A stretch of DNA of 64,000 bases, taken from positions 64,001 to 128,000 of the forward strand of contig JANNBC010000048.1 of assembly GCA_031385045.1 (NCBI GenBank). Reading direction: 5' to 3'. The notes under the pieces were generated by a model. That model saw only the letters and a list, made by a program, of their open reading frames with translations. It was not told the origin of the DNA and did not search any database. The stretch comes from a bacterium. Its GTDB lineage: Bacteria; Bdellovibrionota_C; UBA2361; CALJRW01. Position numbers and translations under genes: made by a program. Each line of letters opens with the position of its first letter. Positions within the stretch are counted from its first letter, which is position 1. Below are positions 29,362 to 39,675 of this stretch, one piece after another.

Positions 29362-30165
29362 ATGAAATTCTTACCCTATTGCTTACTACTTATTTTCTTA
29401 ACCTCATGTTCTGTCCAACGCAAACCAGTTGTGGCAGGAGAAATTCCATTACAAGGCGACTTGAACCCTCAAGAGATTGAGTATGGAGCACAAGTTTTTA
29501 ACCAACTGGCAGCTGAGTATCCAATGGAAGAGGATCTAGCATTAAACTCACGAGTTAGAAAAATTGTTACCAGACTGTCAAATGCTGCTTCCGGTAATAA
29601 CGGAGGAAATCCTTGGCATGTCTATGTGTTTAAGGATGATAATTTTAAGAATGCTGCGGCTACAAGGGGAAACTATATTTTCGTTTGGACTGGAATTCTT
29701 AATACCACTGAGAGTGACCATCAACTTGCAACAATTCTGGCCCATGAAGTAAGTCACGTCCTAGCAAACCACACAACGCCAACCTCGGGAGAAGCAGCAA
29801 ATCAAATTATAGCTGGCAGTAGTGGACAAGTTGCCTCTTCCGTCCTAGCTGCCAGTGGTCAATACTATGGAATTGCCAATATCGCTGGCCAACTCACATC
29901 TGCATTAATGCAAGGGTTAATTGTAAATCCAGGATCACAACGGTTAGAAAGTGAAGCTGATACCATTGGCTTATTTTTAATGGCCAAAGCTGGTTACAAT
30001 CCTCAAGCTGCCCTAGATTTTTGGAATCAAGTTCGACAAGATCCTAACTTTGGCGGTGCCTCCATTAGCTTCCTATCCACTCACCCAAGCTCCGAAGCCC
30101 GAATCATCAATATCGAGAAATACCTCCCCCAAGCCCAAATCCTCTACCACAAATCCCGCAAATAA
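29362..30165 (+). CDS. M48 family metallopeptidase lipoprotein
   Basis: Lipobox LTSC; LAHEVSH; ESEAD; STHP. Confidence 0.9.
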   Translation: MKFLPYCLLLIFLTSCSVQRKPVVAGEIPLQGDLNPQEIEYGAQVFNQLAAEYPMEEDLALNSRVRKIVTRLSNAASGNNGGNPWHVYVFKDDNFKNAAATRGNYIFVWTGILNTTESDHQLATILAHEVSHVLANHTTPTSGEAANQIIAGSSGQVASSVLAASGQYYGIANIAGQLTSALMQGLIVNPGSQRLESEADTIGLFLMAKAGYNPQAALDFWNQVRQDPNFGGASISFLSTHPSSEARIINIEKYLPQAQILYHKSRK

Positions 30166-30170
30166 CCTCC

Positions 30171-30189
30171 CCCCGACTTCTCTGATACC
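30171..30189 (+). repeat. dispersed motif copy CCCCGACTTCTCTGATACC
   Basis: Related copies at 41175, 44892, 52542 and 52592. Confidence 0.7.
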
Positions 30190-30337
30190 TTATTAACTTA
30201 ACTTAGCGCATTAAGACTACCACCCAACATCACTGTTACTTAAAAAAGCGAAAAAATGGCATATCTTCACTAGCCCCCCAAATACCACTAAAGTCCCAAT
30301 TCCTATCAGCCGATACCCATTAAAATCAAGGAAGATT

Positions 30338-30928
30338 ATGAATTGGCTATTAAACATCTTAAATCAGTTACTCAACCACAAGACTCAGGAAGACACCTGG
30401 CATCGTATTTCAACTCCAGTTCGCCGGATGAATGCTGATGTCCAAATTAAAAACACTATACAGCCTCCAGATTCATACTCAGAACAACTTTTTCAACAAA
30501 AAGTATCGATGATTGAGCAATCTTTGCGACTTGCTAAAGATCAAGCAAAAAGTATTAATCAAGCTGTACAGAATATTCCAACTCATCCGGAAAGCATTGA
30601 AGAAGCTATTAAAGAAATCATTAAAAATTGTGATGCCGTGTCTCTAAGTGGGATACAAATATTAGAAGGCGAACCAATTCACCTAAAATATCAACAACAA
30701 GAACTGGTTATCCAATTGCCTTCATGTAGTAAAGAAATTCTTGATTTATCAAGAGATCGGAAGTTTCTACCTAACGTAAATCAAAAAGTGCAGGAATTAA
30801 GCTTAGCTATTGATGCCTCCCTAGAAAATTTACAAAAATTTCTAACCAAAATTGAAACCGGACAACAAAATTATCTTTCTGCTGGCATTGACTTAAAGCT
30901 TTTTCAAAGCCAAATAACTGATGCCTAA
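30338..30928 (+). CDS. hypothetical coiled-coil protein
   Basis: 196-aa ORF preceded by AAGGAAG. Confidence 0.65.
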   Translation: MNWLLNILNQLLNHKTQEDTWHRISTPVRRMNADVQIKNTIQPPDSYSEQLFQQKVSMIEQSLRLAKDQAKSINQAVQNIPTHPESIEEAIKEIIKNCDAVSLSGIQILEGEPIHLKYQQQELVIQLPSCSKEILDLSRDRKFLPNVNQKVQELSLAIDASLENLQKFLTKIETGQQNYLSAGIDLKLFQSQITDA

Positions 30929-31059
30929 TCTGGCGATGCTTTAACTTAGCACTCACCTAGACAAAAGAGACCCAGTTTGGGAATCTTAGTCATCAATGAT
31001 ACAATACTCCTTAAGTAATGATCAATTTGCGATGACAAGTTATTATTGTTAATTATAGT

Positions 31060-31141
31060 ATATACTAAAACCGATTAGGTTTTAGCGAACTGCTAGGAAA
31101 AATGCGGATTGCATTTTTAGTTCATTGGGGTTTTAGTATAT
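31060..31141. repeat. miniature inverted-repeat element
   Basis: Perfect 13-bp terminal IR ATATACTAAAACC/GGTTTTAGTATAT with internal hairpins. Confidence 0.6.
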
Positions 31142-31224
31142 TTGTTTTCCCCAGATAAAATGCTTGTAAAATAAGCATTTTAGCCTGAGCAACCCCCTTG
31201 GGTCGCTTCAAGCGCTTTGCGCTT

Positions 31225-31279
31225 GATATACTAGGCGACTAATTTTAGAACAGTAATTTCTAATGTCGCCTAGTATATC
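31225..31279. repeat. miniature inverted-repeat element
   Basis: Perfect 15-bp IR GATATACTAGGCGAC/GTCGCCTAGTATATC; inner TTAGAA/TTCTAA. Confidence 0.65.
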
Positions 31280-31348
31280 TAAAAAGTAATTGACCTGAAG
31301 AGCGTTAAGCCTTTGGTTGGACACCATATTTGTTATTTAGCTATTTCA

Positions 31349-32710
31349 ATGTTTCAAAATTTATCTGATAAACTAACTACTGCACTAAAAAGTCTCCGCG
31401 GTAAAACTGTAATCTCTGCACAGGATCTCGAAGCCACTCTGAAAGAGGTACGCCTTGCTCTCTTAGAAGCTGATGTAAATTATAAAGTTGCTAAAGATTT
31501 CTGTGCTGAAATTGCTATTCTTGCTCAAGGCGAAGAAGTTTTAAAAAGTCTGAAACCAGATCAACAAATTATTAAGATTGTACATGAGCAGCTTAAAATC
31601 ATGCTTGGTTCAAATGCCAGTGAGCTTAATATTAAAGTTGCCCCACCAGCAATTATTATGTTGGTTGGTTTACAAGGGTCTGGGAAAACAACAAGTTGCG
31701 GCAAATTAGCAATTTACCTTCGCAAGCAATTAAAGCGTAATCCACTGTTAGTCCCTGCAGACATTTATCGTCCTGCTGCGATTGAACAATTAAAAACTTT
31801 AGGCAAACAAATTAATGTTCCAGTTTACGACACTCAACCAGGACAAAAACCACTACAGATTGCCGAGCTTGCGGTAGAGCAAGCGAGACTAATGGGTCAT
31901 GACATTGTAATTCTTGATACTGCTGGTCGCTTACAAATTGATACAGAGTTAATGCGAGAATTAGGTGACATCCAAGCCTCAATTAAACCCCAAGAAATAC
32001 TCTTAGTTGCAGATGCCATGACGGGGCAAGAAGCTGTAAATGTTGCTCAAGGTTTTAGCGATCAACTGGCACTAACCGGATTAATTCTTACAAAGCTTGA
32101 TGGTGATGCCCGCGGTGGAGCAGCATTATCTATGCTAAAAGTAACTGGCCAGCCGATTAAATTTATTGGTTTAGGAGAAAAAATAGATGCTCTAGAAGTC
32201 TTTCACCCAGATCGCCTAGCTTCCAGAATTCTTGGTATGGGTGACATGCTAAGCCTAATTGAAAAAGCATCAGAACAAATTAACATCGAAGATTCTCTTA
32301 AGCTACAAAAGAAATTTCAAAAAAATAGTTTTGATCTAGAGGACTTCCTTTCCCAGTTAAGAATGATGAATAAGATGGGCAGTATTAGCTCACTGATGTC
32401 CATGATTCCAGGAATGGATAAAATGGCTAAAAAAATAGATCCAGAAGCTGCAGAGAAAGAGCTCCGCAAAACAGAAGCGATTATTTTATCAATGACAAAA
32501 AAAGAACGGATTAATCCAGACATCTTAAACGGTAGTCGTCGAAAAAGAATTGCTAACGGATCGGGGACACAAGTTCAAGACGTAAACCAGCTCTTAAAAC
32601 AATTCTTAGAAATCAAGAAGATGATGAAACAGTTCAACAAGATGGGAATGGGGAATATGATGAAAGCAATGGGCGGGAAAAATCCCCTCAGTATGCTAAA
32701 AGGGCTTTAA
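31349..32710 (+). CDS. ffh: signal recognition particle protein
   Basis: MFQNLSDKL, GLQGSGKTT, DTAGR, TKLDGDARGG, Met-rich M domain. Confidence 0.97.
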   Translation: MFQNLSDKLTTALKSLRGKTVISAQDLEATLKEVRLALLEADVNYKVAKDFCAEIAILAQGEEVLKSLKPDQQIIKIVHEQLKIMLGSNASELNIKVAPPAIIMLVGLQGSGKTTSCGKLAIYLRKQLKRNPLLVPADIYRPAAIEQLKTLGKQINVPVYDTQPGQKPLQIAELAVEQARLMGHDIVILDTAGRLQIDTELMRELGDIQASIKPQEILLVADAMTGQEAVNVAQGFSDQLALTGLILTKLDGDARGGAALSMLKVTGQPIKFIGLGEKIDALEVFHPDRLASRILGMGDMLSLIEKASEQINIEDSLKLQKKFQKNSFDLEDFLSQLRMMNKMGSISSLMSMIPGMDKMAKKIDPEAAEKELRKTEAIILSMTKKERINPDILNGSRRKRIANGSGTQVQDVNQLLKQFLEIKKMMKQFNKMGMGNMMKAMGGKNPLSMLKGL

Positions 32711-32719
32711 CTGAGACTT

Positions 32720-33049
32720 CTACTGACGACTCGAACGTAACTCTTTTAATTTTTTCTTAAGTCTTAAATATTTGCGTTCAGTAGAGTTCATTGATTCGAT
32801 AGTGGCTTCTAAATCTGATTTTTGAAATTCACAAGTTTGAATACTCTGTTTCGAAATTTGTAATTTTGTTACTAAACATTGGCCAATATAGTAATCAAGA
32901 CATGGAGACTGCGAATCAGAATATTCATCCAATAAATTACCATTATCATCACAAGGATAAACTGCCGCACATACAACACCATCTTCCGCGATCGCACCTT
33001 GCCCTAAGATAAAAGAAATTAAGAAGAAAGCGGTGAGTAATTTTTTCAT
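32720..33049 (-). CDS. small secreted Cys-containing protein
   Basis: Signal peptide MKKLL...AIA; VVCAAVYPC; coiled-coil tail. Confidence 0.65.
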   Translation of the reverse strand: MKKLLTAFFLISFILGQGAIAEDGVVCAAVYPCDDNGNLLDEYSDSQSPCLDYYIGQCLVTKLQISKQSIQTCEFQKSDLEATIESMNSTERKYLRLKKKLKELRSSRQ

Positions 33050-33329
33050 ATTAAGAACCAAGTAGTTTACAGGATACATATCTGATACATATTATGATCT
33101 GCTTCATGTAATTGTTGCAGGGGAATGATTAAATATTTATAAGAAACTAGCAAGTTTTAAGTGTTTTTATAATATGCAATAATATCAATATGTTGCAATA
33201 TCACCCTAACCAGATAATCCCTGCCTAGACGTCACTTTGCCTTGATTTAGCTAAAATTGCTATCAACAAATAAATTTGTTATAAAACCTCTTCGTAATTT
33301 TTAAAATTTTTAAAACTTGGAGTTATAAA

Positions 33330-33719
33330 GTGGCTGTAGTTATTGGACTATCTAGACAGGGTCAAAAGAAACTTCCCTTTTATCGTATTGTTGTCAAACA
33401 AAAAGGGACTAAACGCGATGGTAAATTTATTGAAATCGTTGGAAATCATAATCCCCTATTAAATCCTGCTGTTACTTCTTTCAAAGAAGAACGCGTTAAA
33501 CATTGGATCTCTGAAGGTGCTATACCATCTTTATTAGTTTCAAATCTTTTAGAGAAATCATTCCCTGGATACTACAAAGGAATTGTTACTGCTCGTAAAG
33601 AAAAAATTAAAGCAAAGAGACTTGCTCGAAAAGCGAAACAAGGCCCAGTTGCTAAAAAAGCTGCTGTTGCAAGAAAGCCAAAAGCTAAGAAAGTAGCTGT
33701 GAAAAAAGCAAAGAAATAG
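33330..33719 (+). CDS. rpsP: 30S ribosomal protein S16 (Lys/Ala-rich C-terminal extension)
   Basis: GTG start; GQKKLPFYRIVV, RDGKFIEIVG. Confidence 0.95.
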   Translation: MAVVIGLSRQGQKKLPFYRIVVKQKGTKRDGKFIEIVGNHNPLLNPAVTSFKEERVKHWISEGAIPSLLVSNLLEKSFPGYYKGIVTARKEKIKAKRLARKAKQGPVAKKAAVARKPKAKKVAVKKAKK

Positions 33720-33728
33720 TATCTCACA

Positions 33729-34439
33729 TTGTCTGACACTAAAAACCTCGTTCCATACAAGTTTTCAGTTCTAACAATCTTCCCAGAGCTTTTTGCTAGT
33801 TACCTTGAAGCTAGCCTAATCGGTAAAGCTATTAAAAATCAAATCGTCGAAATTAACTTAGTTAACTTTCGGCGATTTGCAGAACCTCCCCATTTCAAAG
33901 TTGATGACGAGATATATGGTGGTGGAGCTGGTATGCTTCTAAAACCAGAACCACTTATCAAAGCAATCACGGAAGAAGAAGCTCGATTACCTCACGCCAA
34001 AAAGATCTTACTTAGTGCTTCTGGAAAAAAATTCACTCAAGCAGTAGCTAATGAACTTAGTAAAGAATCAGAATTAATCATGGTCTGTGGTCGCTATGAG
34101 GGTGTCGATCAACGGGTCATCGATTTAAAGATTGATGAAGAATATTGCCTAGCAGATGTAGTCTGCATGGGTGGAGAAGTCCCAGCAATGATGATCCTTG
34201 AAGCTATTACACGCCTCTTAACGGAAGGGATCGGAAATCCGGATTCTCTACTAGAAGAATCTTTCTCAATCACAAACAATCAGCAAACCCTACTAGAGGC
34301 TCCCCAATATACCAGACCTCCAGAGTATGAGGGTAAAACTGTTCCTGAGGTACTACTATCTGGTAACCATTCTAAGATTAAAGAATGGCGCCTGCAGGAG
34401 GCAATAAAAAAGACTAAAAAAAACAGGCCTGACATATGA
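33729..34439 (+). CDS. trmD: tRNA (guanine37-N1)-methyltransferase
   Basis: VDDEIYGGGAGM, CGRYEGVDQR, PQYTRP, LLSGNH. Confidence 0.95.
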   Translation: MSDTKNLVPYKFSVLTIFPELFASYLEASLIGKAIKNQIVEINLVNFRRFAEPPHFKVDDEIYGGGAGMLLKPEPLIKAITEEEARLPHAKKILLSASGKKFTQAVANELSKESELIMVCGRYEGVDQRVIDLKIDEEYCLADVVCMGGEVPAMMILEAITRLLTEGIGNPDSLLEESFSITNNQQTLLEAPQYTRPPEYEGKTVPEVLLSGNHSKIKEWRLQEAIKKTKKNRPDI

Positions 34440-34987
34440 ACCTAAATGTAATCTTATTGCATGATAAAATGATGGATAAACAAGGTGATCTTGTGACGAC
34501 TTCGTTAACAATGATTGATCTTCATGATATCTGTCGAAGCTGTTGTACTTATGGTGTTAACAACTTCTTTATTGCTCACCCATCTACTTCATTAAAGAAA
34601 CTTGCAAGGACATTAAAAAATCACTGGGAGGTTGGATTCGGCGCAACTTATAACCCAAATCGCAAAGAAGCTTTAGGACGAGCGCGGATTGTGCATGATT
34701 TAGATGAAGCTATCAATCTCATAGATTTAGAGCATGGTGAATTACCAAAAATTTTAGCTACTTCAGCACATCTTGGCGGAGAAAGAACAAAATTCTCCGA
34801 AATAAAAAAGTTGATGGAAGATGAAAAACCATATCTATTAATGCTGGGAACTGGCTGGGGTATGTCGGATCAATTATTGGATCGAGCTGACTATTTTCTG
34901 GAACCTATAAATGGCCCTACTGACTATAATCACCTCTCTGTAAGATCTGCTTGTGCAATCATGTTGGATCGAATCTTAGGTGTCTAA
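34436..34987 (+). CDS. SPOUT RNA methyltransferase (DUF2168 / Methyltrn_RNA_4-like)
   Basis: DLHDICRS, YNPNRKEAL, GTGWG, YNHLSVRSA; ATGA overlap with trmD. Confidence 0.85.
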   Translation: MNLNVILLHDKMMDKQGDLVTTSLTMIDLHDICRSCCTYGVNNFFIAHPSTSLKKLARTLKNHWEVGFGATYNPNRKEALGRARIVHDLDEAINLIDLEHGELPKILATSAHLGGERTKFSEIKKLMEDEKPYLLMLGTGWGMSDQLLDRADYFLEPINGPTDYNHLSVRSACAIMLDRILGV

Positions 34988-36022
34988 TTAAAAATCGTTA
35001 AGTACGATTGGAACATCAGCTTCCCGATCTTTAAAATTAAAAAACCCGAATTCAGGATCCGGAATCTGCTCTAAAGCTATTGTCTGACAATCTATATCGC
35101 CCAATGAGCACGAGCTAAGAATTTGATAAAGCTGTTTAACATGAACATAGGTGGCAAGAACTGTTGGCGCATATGTGATCTCTCTGTTAGGAAAAGAACT
35201 ACGCACCTTCACAACAAAACTAGCTGGAGTTGGTGGATAACCAAACCCAACAAACTGTCCTTTATACTTAGGAAACTTTTTTAATAATTCAGGTGTAACT
35301 GTTTCCGTGGAAGTAAAAATTTTTGGTTTAAAATTATACTGAGATAAAGCTTTAACTAAATTATTGAGATCAGGGACATATGCCATAGAAATAATGGTTT
35401 CAATTTTTTTTGATTGAAGTCGCTTCACTTGGGTTAATACATCATCCCCATAATTAAACTCAGCAACTTCATATTCTGGAAAAACCATTCTAACACCTTC
35501 ATCACAAAGGTCTCCAAACTCAGAAATTGGCTTAAGATGGGCAATTGCTTTTACTCCCCCTTGCTTTGCTCTCTCCGCCAATAATTTACAACCTTCAATA
35601 TAATTTAAATAAGTCTTGAATGCATAACGATTACTACTAAGAATTGACCTAGCGGCTGCTGCATATAAAAGAATCTTCTTCTGTTGCTCTACTAACTCCG
35701 ATATCGCAATTGAGGGCGCGGCAAAATCAGAAAAAACGGCATCGACATGATCAATTAATAATGCTTTCTGCGCTACTGCGATTGCCTCTTTTGGTTGCAG
35801 CTTGGAATCATAAACAAACAATTTTAGTAATTCTTGATTCTGATTAATTTCCTTTGCTGCTTGATCTGCACCTAAAACCGTCTGACTACCCCAAAATGCA
35901 CCTGGCCCAGTTAAGTCTGTAATGATAGCAATTCGAACCGTTTGTTTTGGTTCAGCTAAGACAAGTGATGTACTATGAAATAATAAGAGTAATAGAACAC
36001 AAATTACTTGATAGTTCCTCAT
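34988..36022 (-). CDS. LivJ-like periplasmic binding protein
   Basis: Signal peptide; RIAIITDLTGPGAFWG, VYDSKLQP. Confidence 0.8.
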   Translation of the reverse strand: MRNYQVICVLLLLLFHSTSLVLAEPKQTVRIAIITDLTGPGAFWGSQTVLGADQAAKEINQNQELLKLFVYDSKLQPKEAIAVAQKALLIDHVDAVFSDFAAPSIAISELVEQQKKILLYAAAARSILSSNRYAFKTYLNYIEGCKLLAERAKQGGVKAIAHLKPISEFGDLCDEGVRMVFPEYEVAEFNYGDDVLTQVKRLQSKKIETIISMAYVPDLNNLVKALSQYNFKPKIFTSTETVTPELLKKFPKYKGQFVGFGYPPTPASFVVKVRSSFPNREITYAPTVLATYVHVKQLYQILSSCSLGDIDCQTIALEQIPDPEFGFFNFKDREADVPIVLNDF

Positions 36023-36810
36023 ATGAAAAGCAAGATTAGAATTCCAATAATTATCCGATAATACCCAAAAGGCTTCAAGGAAAATCGATTCAATAAAGCA
36101 ATAAAAAACTTAATTGCAATAATAGCGACCAAAAAGGATACCACGAATCCTACGGCTAATATTGGCAAATGCTCGGAGTGAAGAAAGCGCCAACTCTTAT
36201 AAAGATCGTAACCAACGGCAGCAAACATGGTTGGTACAGCTAAGAAAAATGAAAATTCTGCTGCTATTTTTTTTTCACAACCAAGTAACATTGCACCGAC
36301 AATAGTGCTCCCAGAACGAGATACTCCAGGACATAATGCAAGACATTGGAATAATCCGATTTTAAGACAATCAAGATATGATAGTTGATACTCAGAATTT
36401 TTAGTCGGTTGGTTAATTAACTTTTCAATTACTACTAAGACGACCCCACCAAGAATCAGTCCAATTGCTACGGTTGTAGAATTAAATAAATGTTGTTTGA
36501 TAAACTTATAGGCTAATAAACCAAAAATAAGCGCGGGAAATGTAGCCAAAGACAACTTAAGAATCCCCGACTTCCCTGAGAAACCTGATTTAAGCTTAAA
36601 ATTCACCAAATTGAAAAATTTACTTCGATATAAGAAAAGAACAGCCAAAATGGCACCTAACTGTATAAACACAGAAAATGTATCTGCAAACTGACCTTCA
36701 AAATTAAGTAATTTGCCTACTAGAATAATATGACCTGTACTAGATACTGGTAGAAACTCGGTTAGTCCTTCAATTATTCCTAAAATAGTTGCCTTAATAA
36801 GATCCGACAT
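36019..36810 (-). CDS. uppP: undecaprenyl-diphosphatase
   Basis: EGLTEFLPVSSTGH, PGVSRSG, EFSFFLAVP. Confidence 0.95.
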   Translation of the reverse strand: MSDLIKATILGIIEGLTEFLPVSSTGHIILVGKLLNFEGQFADTFSVFIQLGAILAVLFLYRSKFFNLVNFKLKSGFSGKSGILKLSLATFPALIFGLLAYKFIKQHLFNSTTVAIGLILGGVVLVVIEKLINQPTKNSEYQLSYLDCLKIGLFQCLALCPGVSRSGSTIVGAMLLGCEKKIAAEFSFFLAVPTMFAAVGYDLYKSWRFLHSEHLPILAVGFVVSFLVAIIAIKFFIALLNRFSLKPFGYYRIIIGILILLFI

Positions 36811-38231
36811 TAAACTCTTGATACCCCATCCAACTTAGCCTGATTCATCACTGCCTCTGTCACCTTACTCGCAACCATAGGATTAAAAACATTAGGGATA
36901 ATTAAATGTTTATTTAGAAGTTCAGGAGCAATACTATCTGCGATTGCTCGTGCCGCCGCAAGCTTCATACCCATAGTGATTTTACGAGCACGACAAAGCA
37001 TTGCACCCTTAATAATCCCTGGAAAGCATAAGACATTATTTACCTGATTAGGATAATCTGAACGCCCTGTGGCAATAACACCAGCGATATCTGCAATTTC
37101 ATCTGGAAAAATCTCTGGTATTGGATTGGCAAGAGTAAAAATTAATGGATTTTTATTCATCGTACTAATCATCTCCCGTGTCACAACTCCTGGTTGTGAG
37201 AGCCCTAAAAACATATCTGCGCCTACCAATGCGTCTCCCAACGTCCCTGAGATATTATCTGGGTTAGTGACCTTAACGAGCTCTTCTTTCATCGAATTCA
37301 TTCCCTTTGTTCGTCCTCGATAAGCTATCCCCGAGGTATCACAAGCTATAATATTCTTAGCACCAGCCTCTAATAGTATTTTAATACAGGCGACCCCTCC
37401 AGCTCCAAATCCATTCACAACAATTTTTAAATCTTCCAACTTACGATCTAAAACCTTCAGGGCATTATAAACCCCGGCTAAAACTACTACCGCAGTTCCA
37501 TGCTGATCATCATGAAAAACAGGAATATCTAGAGCTTCAATTAGCCGTTCTTCAATTTCAAAACATCGCGGGGCAGAAATATCTTCTAAATTAATTGCCC
37601 CAAAAGTTGGCGCTAAATAAATAATAGTTTTAATGATTTCTTCAGTATCTTTTGTATCTAAACAAATTGGAAAGGAATTAACCCCTGCAAATTCCTTAAA
37701 TAAAACCGCCTTCCCTTCCATAACAGGCATTGCTGCGGCTGGACCAATATCACCTAGACCCAAGACTGCAGTTCCATCCGTGATTACAGCTACACAATCA
37801 TTTTTAATAGTATATTGATAAGATTTCTCAGGGAACTCGTGGATTAACTGACAGACTCTAGCCACACCAGGAGTATACGCCCTAGATAATTCATCACTAT
37901 TTCGTATCTTTAGTTTTGGCTGAGTAGTTAACTTACCACCTTCATGCATTTTTAATGTATCATCTTGCCAAGTTAGGATTTGAACAAAATCAAACTTTGA
38001 AAAATGTTTAACAATTTCTTCAGCACTCTCTGTACTTTTGGCATTAATGGTAATCTTACGAATTGTACTCTCAAAATCAGAACTAACTAGCTCCACTTCA
38101 GCAATAGAACCACCTAGCTCAGCAACTTTTGATAGCAACAACGCAAATTTACCAATAATATTAGGAATTTTAACTGTCACCGTTACGGAATATCCAGCTG
38201 AAGGAATGGCAAAGGTCGAAGAATTATGCAT
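36810..38231 (-). CDS. malic enzyme with N-terminal ACT domain
   Basis: [46 protein letters not shown]. Confidence 0.92.
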   Translation of the reverse strand: MHNSSTFAIPSAGYSVTVTVKIPNIIGKFALLLSKVAELGGSIAEVELVSSDFESTIRKITINAKSTESAEEIVKHFSKFDFVQILTWQDDTLKMHEGGKLTTQPKLKIRNSDELSRAYTPGVARVCQLIHEFPEKSYQYTIKNDCVAVITDGTAVLGLGDIGPAAAMPVMEGKAVLFKEFAGVNSFPICLDTKDTEEIIKTIIYLAPTFGAINLEDISAPRCFEIEERLIEALDIPVFHDDQHGTAVVVLAGVYNALKVLDRKLEDLKIVVNGFGAGGVACIKILLEAGAKNIIACDTSGIAYRGRTKGMNSMKEELVKVTNPDNISGTLGDALVGADMFLGLSQPGVVTREMISTMNKNPLIFTLANPIPEIFPDEIADIAGVIATGRSDYPNQVNNVLCFPGIIKGAMLCRARKITMGMKLAAARAIADSIAPELLNKHLIIPNVFNPMVASKVTEAVMNQAKLDGVSRV

Positions 38232-38421
38232 AGATTTTGAACAATAAAATCAACAGGCCAATAGGATTTATGTAAAAAAAGCCAACAGATAAGCGCTTGG
38301 GGCAATTTTTATACACTACTCTAGGGCATTAAAATCCATAATCTATTAACATATTAATAGAAGAAAGCGAATTGCCAATTTAACTTGTATTTAAGCCTAA
38401 ATAAAAGTTGAATCTTCTCTC

Positions 38422-38449
38422 TTGACGGTCTGCTTATTAACTCTATTAT
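38422..38449 (+). promoter_or_regulatory. sigma70-type promoter of metK
   Basis: TTGACG-N16-TATTAT, 27 nt upstream of the ATG. Confidence 0.5.
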
Positions 38450-38476
38450 TAAAGGAATGATCAATTTAAAAAAAGT

Positions 38477-39664
38477 ATGAGCCAAAAATATTTAAAAACA
38501 AATTTATTTACTTCTGAATCTGTTTCTGAAGGACACCCTGATAAAATCTGCGATCAAATTAGCGATGCTATTCTTGATGCTTATCTTAGAAAAGATCCAA
38601 ACAGTCGCGTTGCCTGCGAATCCTTAGTAAAAAACAACAACGTTGTGATTGGTGGAGAGATTACCAGCAGTATCTCGATAGATCACGAACAAATTATCAG
38701 AGAAACAATCAATAACATTGGCTACAATGATTCAAAGCTTGGCTTCACTGGAGCGTCTTGTGAAATCATTAAATTCATAAGCGAACAATCACCTGAAATT
38801 AGCATGGGCGTATCTGAAGGTGAAGGCTTACATCAAGAACAGGGTGCTGGCGATCAAGGCCTGATGTTTGGCTTTGCATGCAATGAGACTGAAGAACTGA
38901 TGCCAATGCCAATATCATTATCACATAAGTTACTTTATGAATTAGCTAGAAAAAGAAAAAATAAAGAAGTAAATTTTCTACAACCTGATGCAAAATCTCA
39001 AGTAACTGTTCGATACGAAAATAACAAACCTAAATCTATTGATGCAATTGTTATCTCTACCCAACACAACGAAGAAATCTCCCTAGATGATTTAAAAGAA
39101 TATCTAATCGAGGAACATATCAAAAAAACCATCAAGGAAGAGTACTTAACTAAAGAAACTAGATACTACATCAATCCTACCGGTAAGTTTGTAATTGGTG
39201 GTCCAGTTGGTGATTGTGGATTAACTGGACGTAAAATTATTGTAGACACTTATGGTGGGTATGGAAGACATGGAGGAGGCGCATTTTCGGGTAAAGATCC
39301 TTCGAAAGTCGATCGCTCTGCCGCCTATATGGCAAGATATATTGCAAAAAATATTGTTGCAGCTGGACTTGCCAAGAAATGTGAAGTTCAACTTGCCTAC
39401 GCCATTGGAGTTGCAGATCCGGTTGGAATTTATGTATCTACTTTTGACACAAGCGAATTCCCTGAAGAGCAATTTGCCTCAGCAGTAAGTGAAATCTTCG
39501 AGCTAACACCAAAAGGTATTATTAAATCTCTAAATTTACTAAAACCAATATACCAACCAACTGCTTCATATGGACACTTCGGAAGAACCCCAACCAAGGA
39601 AGGACTATTTAGTTGGGAAAAAACTGATAAAGTATCCGATCTTCAATCTTACTTTAAAATTTAA
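38477..39664 (+). CDS. metK: S-adenosylmethionine synthetase
   Basis: [28 protein letters not shown]. Confidence 0.98.
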   Translation: MSQKYLKTNLFTSESVSEGHPDKICDQISDAILDAYLRKDPNSRVACESLVKNNNVVIGGEITSSISIDHEQIIRETINNIGYNDSKLGFTGASCEIIKFISEQSPEISMGVSEGEGLHQEQGAGDQGLMFGFACNETEELMPMPISLSHKLLYELARKRKNKEVNFLQPDAKSQVTVRYENNKPKSIDAIVISTQHNEEISLDDLKEYLIEEHIKKTIKEEYLTKETRYYINPTGKFVIGGPVGDCGLTGRKIIVDTYGGYGRHGGGAFSGKDPSKVDRSAAYMARYIAKNIVAAGLAKKCEVQLAYAIGVADPVGIYVSTFDTSEFPEEQFASAVSEIFELTPKGIIKSLNLLKPIYQPTASYGHFGRTPTKEGLFSWEKTDKVSDLQSYFKI

Positions 39665-39675
39665 TAACTAACTAT

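Noticed and set aside
30289..30316. sigma28-like promoter TAAAGT...GCCGATAC
   Set aside because: Spacer is one base longer than the canonical TAAA-N15-GCCGATAA and there is no flagellar context; left uncalled.
31150..31348. SRP RNA (ffs) upstream of ffh
   Set aside because: No conserved helix-8 motif (CAGG..GNRA..AGCAG) on either strand; the hairpins look like IR elements.
38232..38476. SAM riboswitch before metK
   Set aside because: No SAM-I core, and the predicted promoter is too close to the ATG to leave room.
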